Assembly: GCA_005777805.1 (NCBI GenBank)
Contig: SXLG01000013.1
Location: forward strand, 976 to 64,975
Direction: 5' to 3'
From: Pseudomonadota bacterium
GTDB taxonomy: Bacteria; Desulfobacterota; Binatia; UBA12015
Length of the DNA: 64,000 nucleotides
Shown in pieces: positions 63,204 to 64,000 of the stretch (its first letter is position 1; every line of letters starts with the position of its first letter). A model generated the notes under the pieces. The model saw nothing but the letters and a program-made list of their open reading frames with translations. It searched no databases and was not told where the DNA came from. A program made the position numbers and the translations under genes.

Positions 63204-64000
63204 TGGCGCGCGGCCTGGGATCACTCGTCGTGCGCGACGAGAGTGAGCACGACATTCACGCCGAAGTCTCGCTCGGTCGGGCCTACGACGCGCGCATCAT
63301 CCGCCGGCTCTGGCGCTGGGTGCGGCCCTACCGCGGCATGTTCGCGGCGTCCGCGATTCTGCTGCCCTGCATCTCGGGCCTGCTGATCCTGCAACCCTGG
63401 CTGCTCAAGATTGCAATCGACCAGTACATCGCACATGGCGACGTCGCGGGACTCACGCGAATCGCGGGATTCTTCGTGGCCGCGGTGACCGGTGAGTTCG
63501 TCTGTCTTTATCTGCAGTACTGGCTCACGATGCTGGTTTCGCAGCGTGCGCTGGCCGACCTCCGGGTCGAGCTCTTCCGCCATCTCGAGCGGCTGCCGCA
63601 GAGCTGGTTCGACCGCAACCCCACCGGCCGCGTCGTGACCCGACTGACCACCGACGTCGACGTCCTGAGCGAGGCTTTCGCCTCGGGTGCGATGACGATC
63701 TTCATGGACGCCATCACGCTTGTCGGTATTCTGGTAGTGATGCTCTTCATCGACTGGCGGCTGGCGCTGGTGGCCTTCGCGCTGGTGCCGGCCATGGGGG
63801 TGGTGATCGACGTCTTCCGGCGGCGCGCGCGGCTCACCTACCGGCTGATCCGCGAGCGCATCGCCCGGATCAACGGCTTCCTGCAAGAGGCGATCTCGGG
63901 GATGCGCGTGATTCAGCTCTTTGCCCACGAGGGCGAGAGCCGGGCCGAGTTTCGCGAACTGAATGCCGCCAATCGCGACGCCAACCAGCGCTCGAACATC
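63203..64000 (+). CDS. Second ABC exporter half-transporter (3' end lies outside the window); probable heterodimer partner
   Basis: ATG overlaps the upstream stop (TGATG), with GAGGAGG upstream. Translation MARGLGSLVVRDESEHD..RLWRWVRPYRGMFAASAILLPCISGLLILQPWLLKIAIDQYI.. shows the typical ABC exporter TMD start (..YxxxLxxxxxP..). Not in the ORF track because no stop is reached. Confidence 0.75.
   Translation, partial: MARGLGSLVVRDESEHDIHAEVSLGRAYDARIIRRLWRWVRPYRGMFAASAILLPCISGLLILQPWLLKIAIDQYIAHGDVAGLTRIAGFFVAAVTGEFVCLYLQYWLTMLVSQRALADLRVELFRHLERLPQSWFDRNPTGRVVTRLTTDVDVLSEAFASGAMTIFMDAITLVGILVVMLFIDWRLALVAFALVPAMGVVIDVFRRRARLTYRLIRERIARINGFLQEAISGMRVIQLFAHEGESRAEFRELNAANRDANQRSNI

Noticed and set aside
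1-64000. Search for mobile elements, tRNA/rRNA genes, CRISPR arrays, toxin-antitoxin modules or phage genes as markers of an island.
   Set aside because: No integrase/transposase/recombinase-like translations. No repeat-spacer arrays. No cloverleaf-compatible tRNA-like segments noticed. The repeats found are short intragenic or promoter-proximal repeats, not IS termini.

Overview
This 64 kb window is very GC-rich (about 70 %), with GTG/TTG starts, GGAGG-type ribosome-binding sites and Arg/Ala-rich proteins. That fits a high-GC Gram-negative genome, possibly of the Myxococcota/Deltaproteobacteria type. It is densely coding, with about 45 genes in alternating strand blocks. I saw no rRNA, tRNA, CRISPR, integrase or transposase.

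Most of the window is cell-envelope glycoconjugate biosynthesis. There are five GT-A fold glycosyltransferases: a 5'-truncated GT2, a GT4, a GT2-methyltransferase fusion, and two polyprenyl-phosphate sugar synthases of the DPM/GtrB type. There are five large polytopic membrane proteins that look like GT-C fold glycosyltransferases (PMT/ArnT/GtrC-like); three of them are translationally coupled to a class I SAM methyltransferase. Other envelope genes are a Wzx-like flippase, an MBOAT O-acyltransferase with an AlgX/AlgJ-like partner, an LtaS/EptA-like sulfatase-fold protein, a hexapeptide acetyltransferase, a DUF2304 protein, and a B12-binding radical SAM enzyme. A heterodimeric ABC exporter runs off the 3' end of the window.

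Between these blocks sit unrelated genes: D-aminoacylase, an internally duplicated beta-helix protein, a GNAT acetyltransferase, a DUF3604 lipoprotein, a parvulin-like PPIase, an SDR, a thioesterase, a molybdopterin oxidoreductase, a delta-60 repeat protein, two alpha/beta hydrolases, a LAL-type regulator, a GST-like protein, a membrane-embedded spermidine-synthase-fold protein and an exported MsrB/MsrA pair.

The most notable structures are:
- a 13 kb minus-strand operon that looks like an undescribed glycan/lipoglycan decoration pathway (sugar donor synthesis, periplasmic transfer, phospho-headgroup transfer, O-acylation, methylation);
- a 107 bp tandem duplication that makes a 36-codon upstream ORF copying the N-terminus of the downstream membrane protein, overlapping it by ATGA;
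- a methyltransferase/GT-C gene pair that recurs three times.

Coordinates of non-CDS motifs are approximate (about 2 nt).
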